A stretch of 31,063 nucleotides of DNA from Promethearchaeota archaeon (GCA_016926735.1 JAFGOA010000197.1:1-31063), one strand, 5' to 3'; shown: positions 9,475 to 20,751, counted from the stretch's first letter. Made by a program: numbers and translations. The notes: generated by a model from the sequence alone, not told the origin.

Positions 9475-10113
9475 TTATTTCTTTTTTATTCCAATAAGAT
9501 AGATTTCATTACTTTTTTTTTTTGATGCTTTAGGTTTGTAGGATTTAGTAATATGGAATTCTTTTTTGAAATCATCAAAAAAGATTTTAAAATCTGAACC
9601 TTGAAAACATTTTAAAACTAATATTCCCTTTTTTTTTAATATTAATTTTGTCAAATTTAATATTTCATAGCATAATCTTATTTGATTTAGATGATCTGTG
9701 AATTTATCTCCTCTCTTTTTTATAGATGCATCTGAGAGAATCAAATCAAGTTTATCATCAAAATAATCTATAATCCTCTTTTTTATATCTGTGTCGGTAA
9801 TATTAGATTGTATGATTTCAATAGATTCTATTGGAGTTACATGTTTTATATCAATTCCCATTATTTTATACTCATTTCTGCTGTAATATTGATCATCATA
9901 TTTTTTTAAATTCTTTATTGCTTGTTCTTTTGCTATTTGTAACCATGATCCTGGAGCGCAACCAATATCCAATATATAAAAAGCTCTTTTAAAAATATTA
10001 AATTTATGATGAATCTCTTGTATCTTATAAACTGAGCGGGCTCTATATCCTTCTTTCTTAGCTCGATTATAATATGTGTCTTTGTTATGTATAGAGAAAT
10101 TATTTATAGGCAT
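9475..10113 (-). CDS. rlmE: 23S rRNA Um2552 2'-O-methyltransferase (RlmE/FtsJ)
   Basis: AKKEGYRARS-x-YK, LDIGCAPGSWLQ, ILSD, KCFQG, KPKAS...SNEIY. Confidence 0.93.
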   Translation of the reverse strand: MPINNFSIHNKDTYYNRAKKEGYRARSVYKIQEIHHKFNIFKRAFYILDIGCAPGSWLQIAKEQAIKNLKKYDDQYYSRNEYKIMGIDIKHVTPIESIEIIQSNITDTDIKKRIIDYFDDKLDLILSDASIKKRGDKFTDHLNQIRLCYEILNLTKLILKKKGILVLKCFQGSDFKIFFDDFKKEFHITKSYKPKASKKKSNEIYLIGIKKK

Positions 10114-10124
10114 ATTAAATCATT

Positions 10125-11354
10125 TTACTTATTATTATATTCATTTAAGATCTTTTCTAATGATTTTATGTCCATATTTGTTTTAATTGACAAAAAATCA
10201 AAATGGGTTCTAGATACCTTATACCCTTTCTCGCTAATAATGTCTATTAATGTTTGGATTTTGGGGATATTACCAAAATTATTTTTTTTACTAATTTTAT
10301 GTAAATTATAATAATTAGAAGGCATATCTATCTCATTTTTACATATATTTATTATTTTTTGAATTTTATTTTTATTTTTATAGTCTGATTCATAATTTAA
10401 AATAAGAATGCTATTAAGGAATTCTAATTGATGAATCTTATCAAGCCATAATGGCCCCGCATAATTAAGATTGTTATTGCTTTTACATAATTCACATATT
10501 TTAATATGTGTAATATCTTTATTTTTTAAAGCGAATCTATTTCCACATTTTTCACAATAAAAAATATATCCATAATTTTTTATATTTTTAATAATTTGAT
10601 TCTTATTTTTAAACGTTTTTACAAATACCCTTATGAAATGATTTGAGTAGAATGATAAAAGAGGGAGAATACCCATATTATTTATATTAGCAATTCTAGA
10701 TATAAAGTACAATAAGATACGTGTTCCAATTTCTTTACAAAATTCATTATGTAATGGTTTTGCCATATATTTTCTTAAACATACATCTGATTTTACTCCA
10801 AAAAGAACGGCAGTATCTGTTGCGGTTATGCACATTAATCCGTTATCTTTTATAATAGTTTTAAAAGCAGAGTTAATATAACAATTAGGTGTCCCCCATG
10901 GATCGATTGAAATTACATTTGGTTTTTTAAATTTAGATTTAAAAGCAATTTTATTGAATAAAAAATTCGCGTCATAATTTTTAACTTCAATTCTTAAATT
11001 ATTTTCACTAAAATTATTCAAGATAAGATTTTTATAAATTAAATCTTTTGCAACGGGATTTATATCATTTATATAAATTTTTTCTATATTCTTACATTCT
11101 TTTAACAGCCTTATAGATCCTACCCCAGATCCTGCCATTGAATCAACTATAATTAGATCATTTTTAGCATATAGATTGTAATATGATTGAATTGCTAAAC
11201 TGGAGATATCACGATTAATTTCCATCTTCTTATTATAGAATACACTCATAGATTTAGAAGGAATTGCATTTAAATCATTGTTATAGATATATATTTTTGA
11301 TCTTCCTTCTTTAATTTGTTTTAATGTATTGTTTTCAATATTCTCCTTTGACAT
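10125..11354 (-). CDS. trm1: tRNA (guanine26-N2)-dimethyltransferase
   Basis: VFYN...NRD, IDPWG, TATD, zinc-ribbon Cys pairs, AGPLW, SRTHF. Confidence 0.93.
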   Translation of the reverse strand: MSKENIENNTLKQIKEGRSKIYIYNNDLNAIPSKSMSVFYNKKMEINRDISSLAIQSYYNLYAKNDLIIVDSMAGSGVGSIRLLKECKNIEKIYINDINPVAKDLIYKNLILNNFSENNLRIEVKNYDANFLFNKIAFKSKFKKPNVISIDPWGTPNCYINSAFKTIIKDNGLMCITATDTAVLFGVKSDVCLRKYMAKPLHNEFCKEIGTRILLYFISRIANINNMGILPLLSFYSNHFIRVFVKTFKNKNQIIKNIKNYGYIFYCEKCGNRFALKNKDITHIKICELCKSNNNLNYAGPLWLDKIHQLEFLNSILILNYESDYKNKNKIQKIINICKNEIDMPSNYYNLHKISKKNNFGNIPKIQTLIDIISEKGYKVSRTHFDFLSIKTNMDIKSLEKILNEYNNK

Positions 11355-11398
11355 ATTTAGCAGATATATAGATATTTTAGTATTATAAATGAATATTA

Positions 11399-12091
11399 TT
11401 ACTGTTTAGAATTTTGGATTATAAATCCATTACTATTCATTTTTAATTTAAATTCCAAGATATTCTTTTCTAAAGAATCACTGAAAATAAATTTTCTTTC
11501 ATTTAATATATGAGTTCTTTCAATTTTAAATGATTTTAAAATCCAATAATTCATAACTTTCCCACCACTTTGAATTTCAATTGTAGAATTATTCTGATTA
11601 TTTTTACTTGCTTCATTGATGATTAATATATCGACAGAATATTTTTTATTAAGATATGTAAGGTTAGCTAATATCTGATTTAATTGATAATTTCGATGTA
11701 TATTTTTTTCTTTTTTATTAGGAATTAGAACTAAATTATATAGATCTGTTAGAGAATCAATAATTATGAGATCAAGTTTTTTTTTTATTTTTTTAAATTC
11801 TATTAATAAATATTCAATTTTAAAACTAATTTTATATAATTCATCAAAATCTTTTATCTGAATTATATTAAAATTATCACTAGGTATCATTTTTATAGAT
11901 TTGAAAATTTTTTTAATTTTATCAGTAGGAAGATTGGGTTTTGTATAGAAATAAAGAACATTTTTTTTTTGTTTAATTGTATTTAATGCAACTTGTAGTG
12001 TATATGTTGTTTTGCCAACTCCAAAATTACCCCATATGGAAAAAAGTCCAATATTATGGAATTTACTAAATTTAGGACTTGGAAGAAACAT
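11399..12091 (-). CDS. RadB-like RecA-family ATPase
   Basis: GNFGVGKT, LIIIDSLTDLY, SGGKVMNYW; short core-only protein. Confidence 0.75.
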   Translation of the reverse strand: MFLPSPKFSKFHNIGLFSIWGNFGVGKTTYTLQVALNTIKQKKNVLYFYTKPNLPTDKIKKIFKSIKMIPSDNFNIIQIKDFDELYKISFKIEYLLIEFKKIKKKLDLIIIDSLTDLYNLVLIPNKKEKNIHRNYQLNQILANLTYLNKKYSVDILIINEASKNNQNNSTIEIQSGGKVMNYWILKSFKIERTHILNERKFIFSDSLEKNILEFKLKMNSNGFIIQNSKQ

Positions 12092-12144
12092 ATTTACTAT
12101 TTTTTATCTAATTTTTAATCTTATGATTAATTTACTATTATAAT

Positions 12145-13017
12145 TTGAATAAAGTTAAAATTTTTGTTATTACAGATAATTCTAAATTCTTTTATAACAT
12201 AAATAAAATATTAACTGAATTAAAGATTGACTTTAAGATAATTGGAATTAATGATAAAATTCCAAGAATTCCTTCAATAATTCTCAGTACTTTTGAAGAA
12301 TTAGAATTATTAGATAGTAAGATTGATAGAAGTAGAATAATAATCTTACCTTATAATAAACAAGATAACTTTAACAAATATATTTTTAATTTTACAAAAA
12401 TATATTATTGCGGAAAAGAGACATATTCTAATGTCTTATTTTCGATTGATCCAGGAAATACGATAGGTTTAGCGATTTTTTTAGATGGACATTATTTTTA
12501 TTCTAAATCAATTTATGAAGAGAAGATTTTATTTTCAGATATAAAACAATGTATTGAAAATTTAATGGAAAATAACAAATATCCTCTGAATATAATATTT
12601 AAATTTGGAATAGGAGTATTCAATCAAACCAAAGTTCTCATTTCAAAAATTTATAGTATATATAATAAAAAGAAGAATATAAAAGTATATTTAGTTGATG
12701 AATCAAAATCTTCCAAATTTAAATTTCATAAATTATCAAAAAATATATCTAAACATGAAGCATCTGCAATTATATTAGCACTTAGAAGGGGTATTGAAGT
12801 AGATCAAGAGAATTATTCAAATTACTTCAATCTAAGGAAATCAAATAAAGATGTGAAAAAAAAAATCGAAGCAGAATTAGATAATATTTCTTATTTAGAA
12901 AGACATATTGAATTGTTAAAATCTTTATTTAAAGAGATGATTAGCTATAAAATAACGATTAATGATGCTCTTGTTATAATAAAAGAAAGAAAAATTTTAG
13001 AAATTATGAATGAATAG
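12145..13017 (+). CDS. Hypothetical protein with an RNase H-like (YqgF/RuvX-like) domain
   Basis: SIDPG-x2-IGLA, LVDE-x2-SS, H-x-ASAIILA pattern; TTG start. Confidence 0.55.
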   Translation: MNKVKIFVITDNSKFFYNINKILTELKIDFKIIGINDKIPRIPSIILSTFEELELLDSKIDRSRIIILPYNKQDNFNKYIFNFTKIYYCGKETYSNVLFSIDPGNTIGLAIFLDGHYFYSKSIYEEKILFSDIKQCIENLMENNKYPLNIIFKFGIGVFNQTKVLISKIYSIYNKKKNIKVYLVDESKSSKFKFHKLSKNISKHEASAIILALRRGIEVDQENYSNYFNLRKSNKDVKKKIEAELDNISYLERHIELLKSLFKEMISYKITINDALVIIKERKILEIMNE

Positions 13018-13057
13018 CATGTATCAAAAATATTTTTTTTATAGATTTTTATGTTTT

Positions 13058-14230
13058 TTAATAATCAGGATAATTTTGAAACGTTTTACCCCAATCAGTT
13101 TTCATAAATTCTCTAATTCTTTTTTTACCAATTGTAGGATACCAAAACATATCATGATAAATTAAAGAACCAAGAATTGGTAGTCTCATAAATAGTTTAT
13201 TGTGCATCAAAGGTTCTAAAAAACTTAATTTACCTTTTCTTACCATTTGATCTCCCCATATTACAATACTTCTTTTAACCGAGAATTTCCAATTTATATT
13301 GGAGATATCTTCTTCAATTATTTCAATTTGATCAAAATCGCCACACCCAAGGCCTTCATCATGAGCTAATTTTATTGCGGGTAATTTTAATGGATCAAAA
13401 CCAAGCATTTTAGCAACGACTGTATCAACAGCTACTTGATCATATCCTGCTAAAAGATAATTTTTTATTCTTGGAATCATAGTCCTTGGACCCGCTCCAT
13501 CCCCACAAACCGTACCATCAACTATCGCCATTATTTCTGGATGGATTTGTTTTTGAATAATGAGCAAATCAACTATCACTTCAGACATGTATTGATGACT
13601 AAAATGTCTTCTTTTTGTTAGAAGTCCACCAAAAGCATTTTTCATAGCACAAGTAATTCCACCATTTTTTTGTAATTCATTTGTATTATTCAGAGATCCT
13701 CCAATAGCCCCAGTATGACCGTGAGTTTTCATAGTAGGTAAATGTATAATTGGTTTTCCTATATAAAATTCAGGTATTTCAAATCCATTTGGAAAGATCT
13801 TCGAATCTAATACATGTAATTCTTTATTTTTTAAATTCTTAAATTTAGTTCTCAAAATTTTATTATAAGGAACATATGGTATTTTAGTTAATGGAACAAA
13901 CCATACTCCATACTTTTTTATTATAGGATTCCATTTATTACCTTTTAATCCTTTTGCAATATTAGTTACTACTGTGCGATTTTCAGCAGTAAATAATTTT
14001 TTTGGATCAAACCCATCTTCAACCATTGTTTTTAATACTCCTTCAACTTGCCAAGGAGGACTACTGCAAGAAGGAAAAAATTTTGACCAACTTAGATTAA
14101 GTTTAATTAGAGTTTTATTATTTTTTGGAATATATTTTTGATATTCTGATAAATGCATTAACCTTTTATAATCTTCCAAAATCGTTTTTGGAGTTGTTTT
14201 AATAACAAAAATTTGAGGTTTTGCTTTCAT
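13058..14230 (-). CDS. DUF362 family protein
   Basis: LIKLNLSW, LPTMKTHGH, AMKNAFGG, DQVAVD, GLG; start probably ATG 14230 (track uses 14251). Confidence 0.85.
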   Translation of the reverse strand: MKAKPQIFVIKTTPKTILEDYKRLMHLSEYQKYIPKNNKTLIKLNLSWSKFFPSCSSPPWQVEGVLKTMVEDGFDPKKLFTAENRTVVTNIAKGLKGNKWNPIIKKYGVWFVPLTKIPYVPYNKILRTKFKNLKNKELHVLDSKIFPNGFEIPEFYIGKPIIHLPTMKTHGHTGAIGGSLNNTNELQKNGGITCAMKNAFGGLLTKRRHFSHQYMSEVIVDLLIIQKQIHPEIMAIVDGTVCGDGAGPRTMIPRIKNYLLAGYDQVAVDTVVAKMLGFDPLKLPAIKLAHDEGLGCGDFDQIEIIEEDISNINWKFSVKRSIVIWGDQMVRKGKLSFLEPLMHNKLFMRLPILGSLIYHDMFWYPTIGKKRIREFMKTDWGKTFQNYPDY

Positions 14231-14510
14231 AATTATTTTAGTTAAACGCAACTTCCTTTTTTAATTTTTTATCTAAATTATAAGAAAAGAATTATACTAA
14301 ATCTACTATATCTAAATCATATCATTTCAACTAATAATCAGAATCTTATAAAAATATTTAAAAATAAATAAAATAAAAAGCCTTATACTCTCTCTGGCTT
14401 GACTAGCATTTTTTTCTTTAATAAAATCATCTATTATTTTATAAATAAAAAGTCGCTTGTAACTAAACACTATTGAATGGTTAACTTTCTCAATACAGAA
14501 TTTTTTAATA

Positions 14511-15431
14511 TTAGGTGAATAAACCTATGAAATAACTTTTATAAAAAGAATAAAATAGAATCAATCCCATTAATAACCCTGCTATGATTATTCCTTTATC
14601 AAGAAAAGCTTTCTCAGTATTTCTAGCAATTTCAGGTTCTTCTGTAGTTAAATACATATATCTCATAAGAATATAAATCATTATTGGTATTGAGATGACA
14701 ATTATATAATCAGTAAATTCTGAAAAAGGCGTAAATTTATCAAAAATATAAAGACTATATGTAATAAAAATAGAAGCAGCAATAAGATTGTGAAAATTAT
14801 CTAACATTCTGAGATTATAAACATTATATACTTTCTTATGTTTAATAGCTTGTTCTTGTGATTCAAATGCTAATAAGTCTCCTTTTCTTTTTGCAATGAC
14901 CAGAAAAAGAGCAACCTCAAAAATAGATAATAATAACCAAGTAGATATTGACTGATGAATAATAAAACATCCAGCTAAGGTTCTCCATAGATATCCTGTT
15001 GATAAAAGGAGAATATCTATAAAGGCATAATTTTTTAATAAATTGCTATATAATTGCCCAGTTACCAAGATAGCAATTAAGAGTAATATAAAACTTAGGT
15101 CAGGAATGATAAAGATAAGACTTAGAATGATACAAATAATTAGTCCAAAGATTAAAACTATAGCAAATGTAATAGATAATTCTCCTGATGCAAGAGGTTT
15201 TTTATATAACTTTTCTTTATGTTCCTTATCATTTTCAACATCAATAATATCATTTATTATATAATTTATAGATGATGTTAAACACAATAAAATAAACCCT
15301 ATAATTAGAGGAAAATAATATTCTGTTTCAAAAAATGTTTGGCTAAAAAATAAACCTACAAATATTAGAACATTCTTATAGTATTGTCGTATTCTCAATA
15401 AATATAATATATTTTTTATAGTTTTTGTCAT
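14511..15431 (-). CDS. UbiA-family polyprenyl-phosphate phosphoribosyltransferase-like membrane protein
   Basis: LLRIRQYYKN, YIINDIIDVEND-x2-H, KPLASG, KRKGD motifs. Confidence 0.85.
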   Translation of the reverse strand: MTKTIKNILYLLRIRQYYKNVLIFVGLFFSQTFFETEYYFPLIIGFILLCLTSSINYIINDIIDVENDKEHKEKLYKKPLASGELSITFAIVLIFGLIICIILSLIFIIPDLSFILLLIAILVTGQLYSNLLKNYAFIDILLLSTGYLWRTLAGCFIIHQSISTWLLLSIFEVALFLVIAKRKGDLLAFESQEQAIKHKKVYNVYNLRMLDNFHNLIAASIFITYSLYIFDKFTPFSEFTDYIIVISIPIMIYILMRYMYLTTEEPEIARNTEKAFLDKGIIIAGLLMGLILFYSFYKSYFIGLFT

Positions 15432-15462
15432 TGTTATTTCATAAACCTTAATTAAATCCTAT

Positions 15463-17973
15463 TTATTGATATAAATATTTTTGGGGTTTTAATTTTTTTA
15501 TAATTTTATAACTTAATTTTGATAGAATTGTTTTCTCAGATTTTAATTGAATTATACCTGTTTCATAATTAAATCCTATCAAATCAATTTGTTCTAATGG
15601 AACAATTATTGGTTTATTAAATATATTATCAATAGATAAAGTAATTTCATCTCTTTTATTGGCATTTTTTTTCTGATTGTTTGTAGTAGATATAGGCTTT
15701 TTAATAATTTCTTTTAGATACCCAATTTCAATGTTATTAACAGCTTTTTTTAAATAGAAGAAAGTACGTAAATTTTTCTTTTCAATCCAATCTAATAATT
15801 CTAACTCAAAAGGTTTATTCTTTAAACTTGTTATAGGAGAATAAATACTATATGGCGTGATTATTGTATCTTTTAGATTTAATTCTATGAATTCATGATT
15901 ATTATTAAATAATTTTATGATATAATCTTTTCCATCATTAGGAGAATCTACTTCTAAACATTTTAATATTCTCAGATCTCCTTTAGATTTAAGAAATACC
16001 TCTTTTCCCTTGAAGGAGCGTATTAGATCACTAGAAAGAGGTAAATTTGTTTTTTTTATTTCTTTATAAATCTTCTTTTGATTTTTATCAATGAATATAT
16101 AATATCCATTATTTCTCTCTTGATTTAATTCAATATCATGTAATTTTAGTTGTTCTTCCTCTTTAAAATAATAAGTTTGATTAAGGAAAACGATTATTTT
16201 TGAATATAGAAGAGAATCAAGATATTCTATTTTATTATTTTTAAGATTACTTATTTTATATTGAAAATTATTAGAGATATCTTCATTAACCTCGATATCT
16301 ATTAAATTTCCAAGAAGATATTCATCAGTAATATGATTCTTAAATAAATAATTTTTACCAAATTCATAAGAATATAATTCTTTGATCTTAAAACTTTCAA
16401 GTAAATTGGAAATGCTTTCAATTTTAAATAATTCTTTGAATTTTTTATTGGATATTTGCTTGAACTCTTTTATTTGATTTTCAAATTTTTTAGCATATTT
16501 TTTTCGTTCTGAATTTTTAACACATAATAAAGGAAGGATAGCTTCTTTATATGGTCCTATATCATCACCTAAAATGGTAGCTATTCTGTGATAACTTGGA
16601 GGATGAGAATTAAGGAAATTACTAAGTAAAGATAACTTTGAAGGTTTTATCATAGAGCTATTTAGATATTTTGCTGTATCAATGTAATCCAATATCTGGT
16701 TATCTCTTGTTATTTTCTCATCACATAGTAACATCGTGTTTAAACCCGTTTCTCTACCAGAAGCATAGAAACTTTCTAGATTATATAATGCTTTAGTGAG
16801 TTCTATTTTATATCCTGCTTCTTTTGTTCTTAGATCCGCATATCCTTCAAGAATTCTCACTAAAAAATACAATATAATATAGATCCCAATATTAATTATA
16901 ATAAAGTATATTAAATCAATATTTGGATGCCCAAAAGTATAATCATAGAATGTTGCTGGAAATCCAAGAATCCATCTTATAATTAAATCACCTATTTGAA
17001 TGAATGTAAGTATAAGAATGTGATTTCCTTTAGTATGAGCTAATTCATGAGCAATAATTCCTTTTAATTCATCTTCTTTGATATTTTCAATATCGTTTGC
17101 AATAATAGCAATTCTACGATCAAAAAAGGGGCCATATGCTTGAGCATTTAAAATAGGATATTTTCCAAATCCCACCTTTACTTTACCCTTAATACCTATG
17201 GCATTTTTTACTTCCTTAACAATATTTAATAATTTTTCATCTTTTACTTCTTTTATTCCTAGTAATTTATCTATCATACTTCCAGAGATAAAATATATAA
17301 TAATATTTACAACAATTAATATAGGATAGATTTGAGCATAAAAATTAAAGGGTAAATGGAACAATTCATTTAATATCTGATTTAGAAATACTACAAACAA
17401 CCATCCAATAATATATAAAATAATAATAAGATATTGAGGACTCATAAAACGCCATACAACAAGATATTTTCTCCCAAATAATGCAAATCCTAAACCAAGA
17501 ATAATCCAAAAGGAAAAAGCAAAAGTTGTATCTAAGACTATAGATGAGGGTAAGAGACCAGTATTTTCCAAATAAGTTGAAATAAGTCCAGCTATAAAGA
17601 TTATATTATACGTTATCAAGGAAATAGTCAAGAGTTTATTTATTACAGGATATTCTTTTAATTCTATTACACCAATCCATAAATAAATTGAAAACATACC
17701 CATAAATGAAGTTAAAACATCTTTTGTAAAAATATAAATGAAAAAAAAGAAAAATGCCATCGCAACAAGATCACTAATCTCACTTCTTTTACCATTTTTT
17801 GCCCATATAAAAAATTCTTCTAAAGAAAAGAAAAATAAAATAATTAAGATAACGACTGGCCAATCAATTATTGAACTTAAATCTAAATGAAGAGTAAAAT
17901 ATAAAATAATAAAACCACTAATAAATCCAATAAAATATCCAATAAGCAAGCCATATCTAAGTATTTTATTCAT
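15463..17973 (-). CDS. M48 (HtpX/Ste24-like) membrane metalloprotease with N-terminal TM and C-terminal soluble extensions
   Basis: NAQAYG, AHELAH zinc motif, E-x-YAD, SHPP-x3-RI. Confidence 0.85.
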   Translation of the reverse strand: MNKILRYGLLIGYFIGFISGFIILYFTLHLDLSSIIDWPVVILIILFFFSLEEFFIWAKNGKRSEISDLVAMAFFFFFIYIFTKDVLTSFMGMFSIYLWIGVIELKEYPVINKLLTISLITYNIIFIAGLISTYLENTGLLPSSIVLDTTFAFSFWIILGLGFALFGRKYLVVWRFMSPQYLIIILYIIGWLFVVFLNQILNELFHLPFNFYAQIYPILIVVNIIIYFISGSMIDKLLGIKEVKDEKLLNIVKEVKNAIGIKGKVKVGFGKYPILNAQAYGPFFDRRIAIIANDIENIKEDELKGIIAHELAHTKGNHILILTFIQIGDLIIRWILGFPATFYDYTFGHPNIDLIYFIIINIGIYIILYFLVRILEGYADLRTKEAGYKIELTKALYNLESFYASGRETGLNTMLLCDEKITRDNQILDYIDTAKYLNSSMIKPSKLSLLSNFLNSHPPSYHRIATILGDDIGPYKEAILPLLCVKNSERKKYAKKFENQIKEFKQISNKKFKELFKIESISNLLESFKIKELYSYEFGKNYLFKNHITDEYLLGNLIDIEVNEDISNNFQYKISNLKNNKIEYLDSLLYSKIIVFLNQTYYFKEEEQLKLHDIELNQERNNGYYIFIDKNQKKIYKEIKKTNLPLSSDLIRSFKGKEVFLKSKGDLRILKCLEVDSPNDGKDYIIKLFNNNHEFIELNLKDTIITPYSIYSPITSLKNKPFELELLDWIEKKNLRTFFYLKKAVNNIEIGYLKEIIKKPISTTNNQKKNANKRDEITLSIDNIFNKPIIVPLEQIDLIGFNYETGIIQLKSEKTILSKLSYKIIKKLKPQKYLYQ

Positions 17974-18031
17974 AATATTCCCTTTATAACAAATTTTATG
18001 CTCAAATTTTTATGTAATTTAATGATTTTAA

Positions 18032-19396
18032 TTAAGAAGTCATATTATTTTTTTTATGTATTTGATTCCAAAAATACCTAATGGTTATTTTATACCAAAT
18101 TAAAATAATAGGTATGATTAATAATACAGAGATTAAGATATTATATGGAATTTGAATAAATCCCAAATTAAGTTCATTCAATGATAATGAAATAATAAAT
18201 CTATCAACTAAAACCAATAATATGATCATAACTACAAAAAGAACAACAATATGAATAGAAAGATCTATTATTCTTGGAAATAAAAAGAAAAATAGAATAT
18301 AAACAAAACAAATAACTATAATTAAAACCATCATTAATACATAATTTATTGATTCATTTGTCCAACGTATTAAGAATGCCGAAAAAATCGCTAGAAATCC
18401 ACATAAAAATGTTAGAATATGAAGATATTTAACTAATTGAGGTTCTTTTAATGGACCTTTTGATAATATTAATCGTGGTAAAGTAAATAATGCGTTTTTT
18501 TCCTCAGAAGCTTTTATAAAGTCATCTTTCATTAATATAATATCATCTCTAAATCTATGAATTTCAGTACTTTCAAAGAATCCTTTCGCTGAGATTATAT
18601 AATAAAAACTATTAAATATGTGTGTTAGAAGTACAATTAACGCTATAATCTCTAAACTACCAAATAAAGCTATACAGGCTATCATAGCACCCATTGAAAG
18701 CGTTCCGATGTCTCCAGGAAATACTTTGGCAGGATATTTATTAAATAAAAAGAATGCAAGAATTATTGAAAATGATAAGATTGAGAAAATAAGTCCTTCT
18801 GAAGTATTTATTATTATACTACATATCAATAAGACCCCTACAGCAATGAGACATGTTCCTGAGCCTTCTCCATTATATCCTTCTAGCATATTTACAGTAT
18901 TAGTAAAGACAGTGACAATTAAAGGAATTAAGATAGGATATATAATTGTTAATCTCATTTTACCAATAATAGGAAACGTGGGATTCTCTATGTTTATAAA
19001 TCCAAAAAAATTAGCAAAAAAGATTAATAATCCTGTAAATAAGGTCAATCCTACTTTATATCTTGATCTCAATTTGATTCGATCATCAAGATACCCTATC
19101 AATCCAGATAATAAAATAGTTAGACATATAATAATAATCTCATTTGAAAAATCGATAAAGAAAATTAATAAAAAAATTGATCCTCCCAAAAATCCAAAAA
19201 CCATACTTAGTCCTCCGGATTCAGCTACTTCAGGTTTTGAATTTTTATGAATATCTATACCTATATACCCTTTTTTTTTCATAAATCTAATAATATATGG
19301 CATAATGAAATAGGTGATCGAAAATCCTAAAAAAAAAAGTAATATTAGATAAAATATTTCTAATAAAGATAAGTTAATTTGGGTTATGAATATCAT
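18032..19396 (-). CDS. aglH: UDP-GlcNAc:dolichyl-phosphate GlcNAc-1-P transferase (AglH/DPAGT1, MraY-like family)
   Basis: GIDIHK...VAESGG, GYLDD, NTVNMLEGYNG, NKYPAKVFPGDIGT. Confidence 0.85.
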   Translation of the reverse strand: MIFITQINLSLLEIFYLILLFFLGFSITYFIMPYIIRFMKKKGYIGIDIHKNSKPEVAESGGLSMVFGFLGGSIFLLIFFIDFSNEIIIICLTILLSGLIGYLDDRIKLRSRYKVGLTLFTGLLIFFANFFGFINIENPTFPIIGKMRLTIIYPILIPLIVTVFTNTVNMLEGYNGEGSGTCLIAVGVLLICSIIINTSEGLIFSILSFSIILAFFLFNKYPAKVFPGDIGTLSMGAMIACIALFGSLEIIALIVLLTHIFNSFYYIISAKGFFESTEIHRFRDDIILMKDDFIKASEEKNALFTLPRLILSKGPLKEPQLVKYLHILTFLCGFLAIFSAFLIRWTNESINYVLMMVLIIVICFVYILFFFLFPRIIDLSIHIVVLFVVMIILLVLVDRFIISLSLNELNLGFIQIPYNILISVLLIIPIILIWYKITIRYFWNQIHKKNNMTS

Positions 19397-19440
19397 TTTT
19401 GAATCATTATGATTTAATAAATATTATTTCAATCAATGCA

Positions 19441-20541
19441 TCATCTAATATTTATTTTAACATAATTAAGACAAATTTGATTTGGATTTTCAAAATTTTT
19501 TATTTTATCTCTGAAACTCATTGTAAAGCGACCTTCACTTGGGCTTTTTTCAAGTATTTCAATTGATCTACTTACAATTCTATCAACATCTCTTATGTGT
19601 TCTAAAGGAAATCCATTATTACTCAAAAAATGCTCTTGAGGAGCTGTTTCACCTGGAAAAAATTCAATACTTGGAATATTTAATAGACTGGATTCTCTTA
19701 CAATAGTACCCCCTCCACTTATTACAAGGCCACTATAAAAGCATAAATCAACTAATTTGGGAAGATAGCGAGTTATGATTAAATTTTTATTTTGATAATG
19801 AGATTTTAGTTTATTTTTTAGAAATTTTTCTTGTTTTTCATTTCTCACCAATAAAAAGAATTTATATTCAGGAAATTTATTAATAAGAGGAGGAAAGATT
19901 CTACTGAGTGAGGTTTCATTTGGATCAAGTTTGTCAATAAAATAACATGCAGCAGAGGGTTCAGTTCTCATTATAATATATTTTCCTTTTTCAAGGTCAA
20001 ATTCATTTAATATCTCAGGATTTGGTTTAAATTCATGTAACCATGCAATTTCATCAATTCCGTTATACCGGATTATTTTTTTTGGATCTGCATAGAGTTG
20101 AATATACCATTCTTTTGGAATGCAATTGGGAGTGATTATATTATCAATAAAAGGAAACACCAATTTACATACAGGTACATTACGAGGTTCATCATTATAA
20201 CCTATAGAAGGAATTTTTAATCCATAAGCAATTCGTACTCCTTCAACAGAAGTAAATGTTATAAAGTGATCTGGAGCAAATTCTTTTACTAATGGTAATA
20301 AATCATTAAGACGTTCTATGTGATATTTTAATTTTTCATCTAATTTCTGTCCACCATGAGCACCTACCTTTATATAATCTATATCTTGATCATCTAATAT
20401 ATGAAATGTAGAATCATAGTCTCTGGCAGTAATTAAAAGATTAACACCTTCATTATTTAATTTCTTAAATAAAGAATTAAACATAATAGCAGTTTTAGGT
20501 TGTTCAACATCAATCCAAATTTTTTTTCCAGAAAGACTCAT
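19441..20541 (-). CDS. DUF354 family GT-B-fold protein
   Basis: KIWID, LITARDY, VGAHGG, YNGIDE, GGGTIVRESSLL. Confidence 0.85.
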   Translation of the reverse strand: MSLSGKKIWIDVEQPKTAIMFNSLFKKLNNEGVNLLITARDYDSTFHILDDQDIDYIKVGAHGGQKLDEKLKYHIERLNDLLPLVKEFAPDHFITFTSVEGVRIAYGLKIPSIGYNDEPRNVPVCKLVFPFIDNIITPNCIPKEWYIQLYADPKKIIRYNGIDEIAWLHEFKPNPEILNEFDLEKGKYIIMRTEPSAACYFIDKLDPNETSLSRIFPPLINKFPEYKFFLLVRNEKQEKFLKNKLKSHYQNKNLIITRYLPKLVDLCFYSGLVISGGGTIVRESSLLNIPSIEFFPGETAPQEHFLSNNGFPLEHIRDVDRIVSRSIEILEKSPSEGRFTMSFRDKIKNFENPNQICLNYVKINIR

Positions 20542-20629
20542 ATTATATCTTAAAATTCAAATTTTTGAAATTAATAATTAATTGTTATATTAAAATTTAT
20601 TATTAATGTAATCTTATTTTAAAAAAATA

Positions 20630-20702
20630 TAGCCCGGCACGGATTCGAACCGTGGTCTCAGGGTTCAAAGCCCCATATGCTTGGCCGCTACACCACCGGG
20701 CT
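20630..20702 (-). tRNA. tRNA-Gln(UUG), intronless, CCA not encoded
   Basis: Reverse complement AGCCCGG TGGTGTAGCGGCCAAGCATA TGGGG CTTTGAA CCCTG AGAC CACGG TTCGAAT CCGTG CCGGGCT A; A1-U72 pair typical of archaeal tRNA-Gln. Confidence 0.97.
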
Positions 20703-20751
20703 CTATTAAAAATAAGAACAAGAAATCTCAAAACTAATATTATAAAAATAT

